Source of the DNA: Lytechinus pictus
Lineage: Eukaryota
DNA: 64,000 bases
Assembly (NCBI RefSeq): GCF_037042905.1
Contig: NC_087245.1
Span: 33,792,001-33,856,000 of the forward strand
Direction of reading: 5' to 3'
This document shows positions 63,413-64,000 of the stretch, piece after piece (the stretch's first letter is position 1; each line of letters starts with the position of its first letter). The notes beneath the pieces were generated by a model, which saw nothing but the letters and a program-made list of their open reading frames with translations, searched no databases and was not told where the DNA came from. A program made the position numbers and the translations under genes.

Positions 63413-64000
63413 TTTGAGCAGTCATAGCAATCAACATGATGATTGTGGTTCTAAATTCCATGAAATGAATCAACATGTTTGTGCATCCGACCACCATTTT
63501 TTATTCACTCTTACACCACTGTCATGAAATGGCAAAGCGATGGTTGTATGAGAGCATTTCAACTTTTCATATAAACTGGAACCAGAGACAAATCATTTCA
63601 GGAAGATTTCACATTATGGGGTCACATTACCATATACTTTATGAAATTGCCCAAATATCAAATAAAAAAAAAATTCTAATGTGGAATATGAAGTTGATTT
63701 ATTGCTCTTCTTATATGGAATACACCATGATGATTATTAATAGTTTCTTTTCTTGTTTTTTATTTAATTACTTGTTATTTTATAGGAGTAAATTTTGCTT
63801 ATATGATCATGAAAAGTATTTCATACAGAAAACGTCACTTGAGATGTAGTTTGGCATTAATTCATTATATTTGTTGTGTTTAGAAATCATTATTAAATCA
63901 AAGGTTTTTTCAGAATTGATAACATCAACTGAAGTTTGTGGATTCTGATGAGAAAAAATAAGGTCGAATCATCTGCAAACAAGATAAGGGACAAGATTTT

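Larger units (their letters stand above)
46389..63900. repeat. Tandem segmental duplication, unit 2 (part overlapping unit 1)
   Basis: Same collinear blocks as unit 1; most large differences are independent TE insertions or deletions. Confidence 0.95.

Overview
AT-rich, repeat-dense eukaryotic genomic DNA. The repeat families look sea-urchin/echinoderm-like, but that is inference. The window holds about 1.4 units of a tandem segmental duplication (1..~32.9 kb is collinear with 46389..~63.9 kb). Each unit carries a minus-strand multi-exon gene for an uncharacterised VPS9-domain (Rab5-GEF-like) protein. Its 3' exons are open; its 5' exons look partly decayed. The two units acquired different TE insertions, so each provides empty sites for the other. 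Elements seen: L2, L1/Tx1, CR1-group and RTE LINEs, a tRNA-derived SINE, Tc1/mariner-, Kolobok- and EnSpm-like MITEs, a 3.4-kb TGT...ACA foldback, and a Penelope-like element with inverted hammerhead-ribozyme pseudo-LTRs. The most unusual items are: (i) a 406-bp non-coding unit arranged like a Penelope pseudo-LTR that carries a complete 72-nt tRNA gene with a TCA (UGA-reading) anticodon, a short variable loop and a T6 terminator, in three identical copies; (ii) a CAC-terminated DNA element with a 4-bp TSD and bipartite, asymmetrically spaced, RSS/ProtoRAG-like TIRs; (iii) an orphan PITRM1 exon. All alignments and folds were done by eye.
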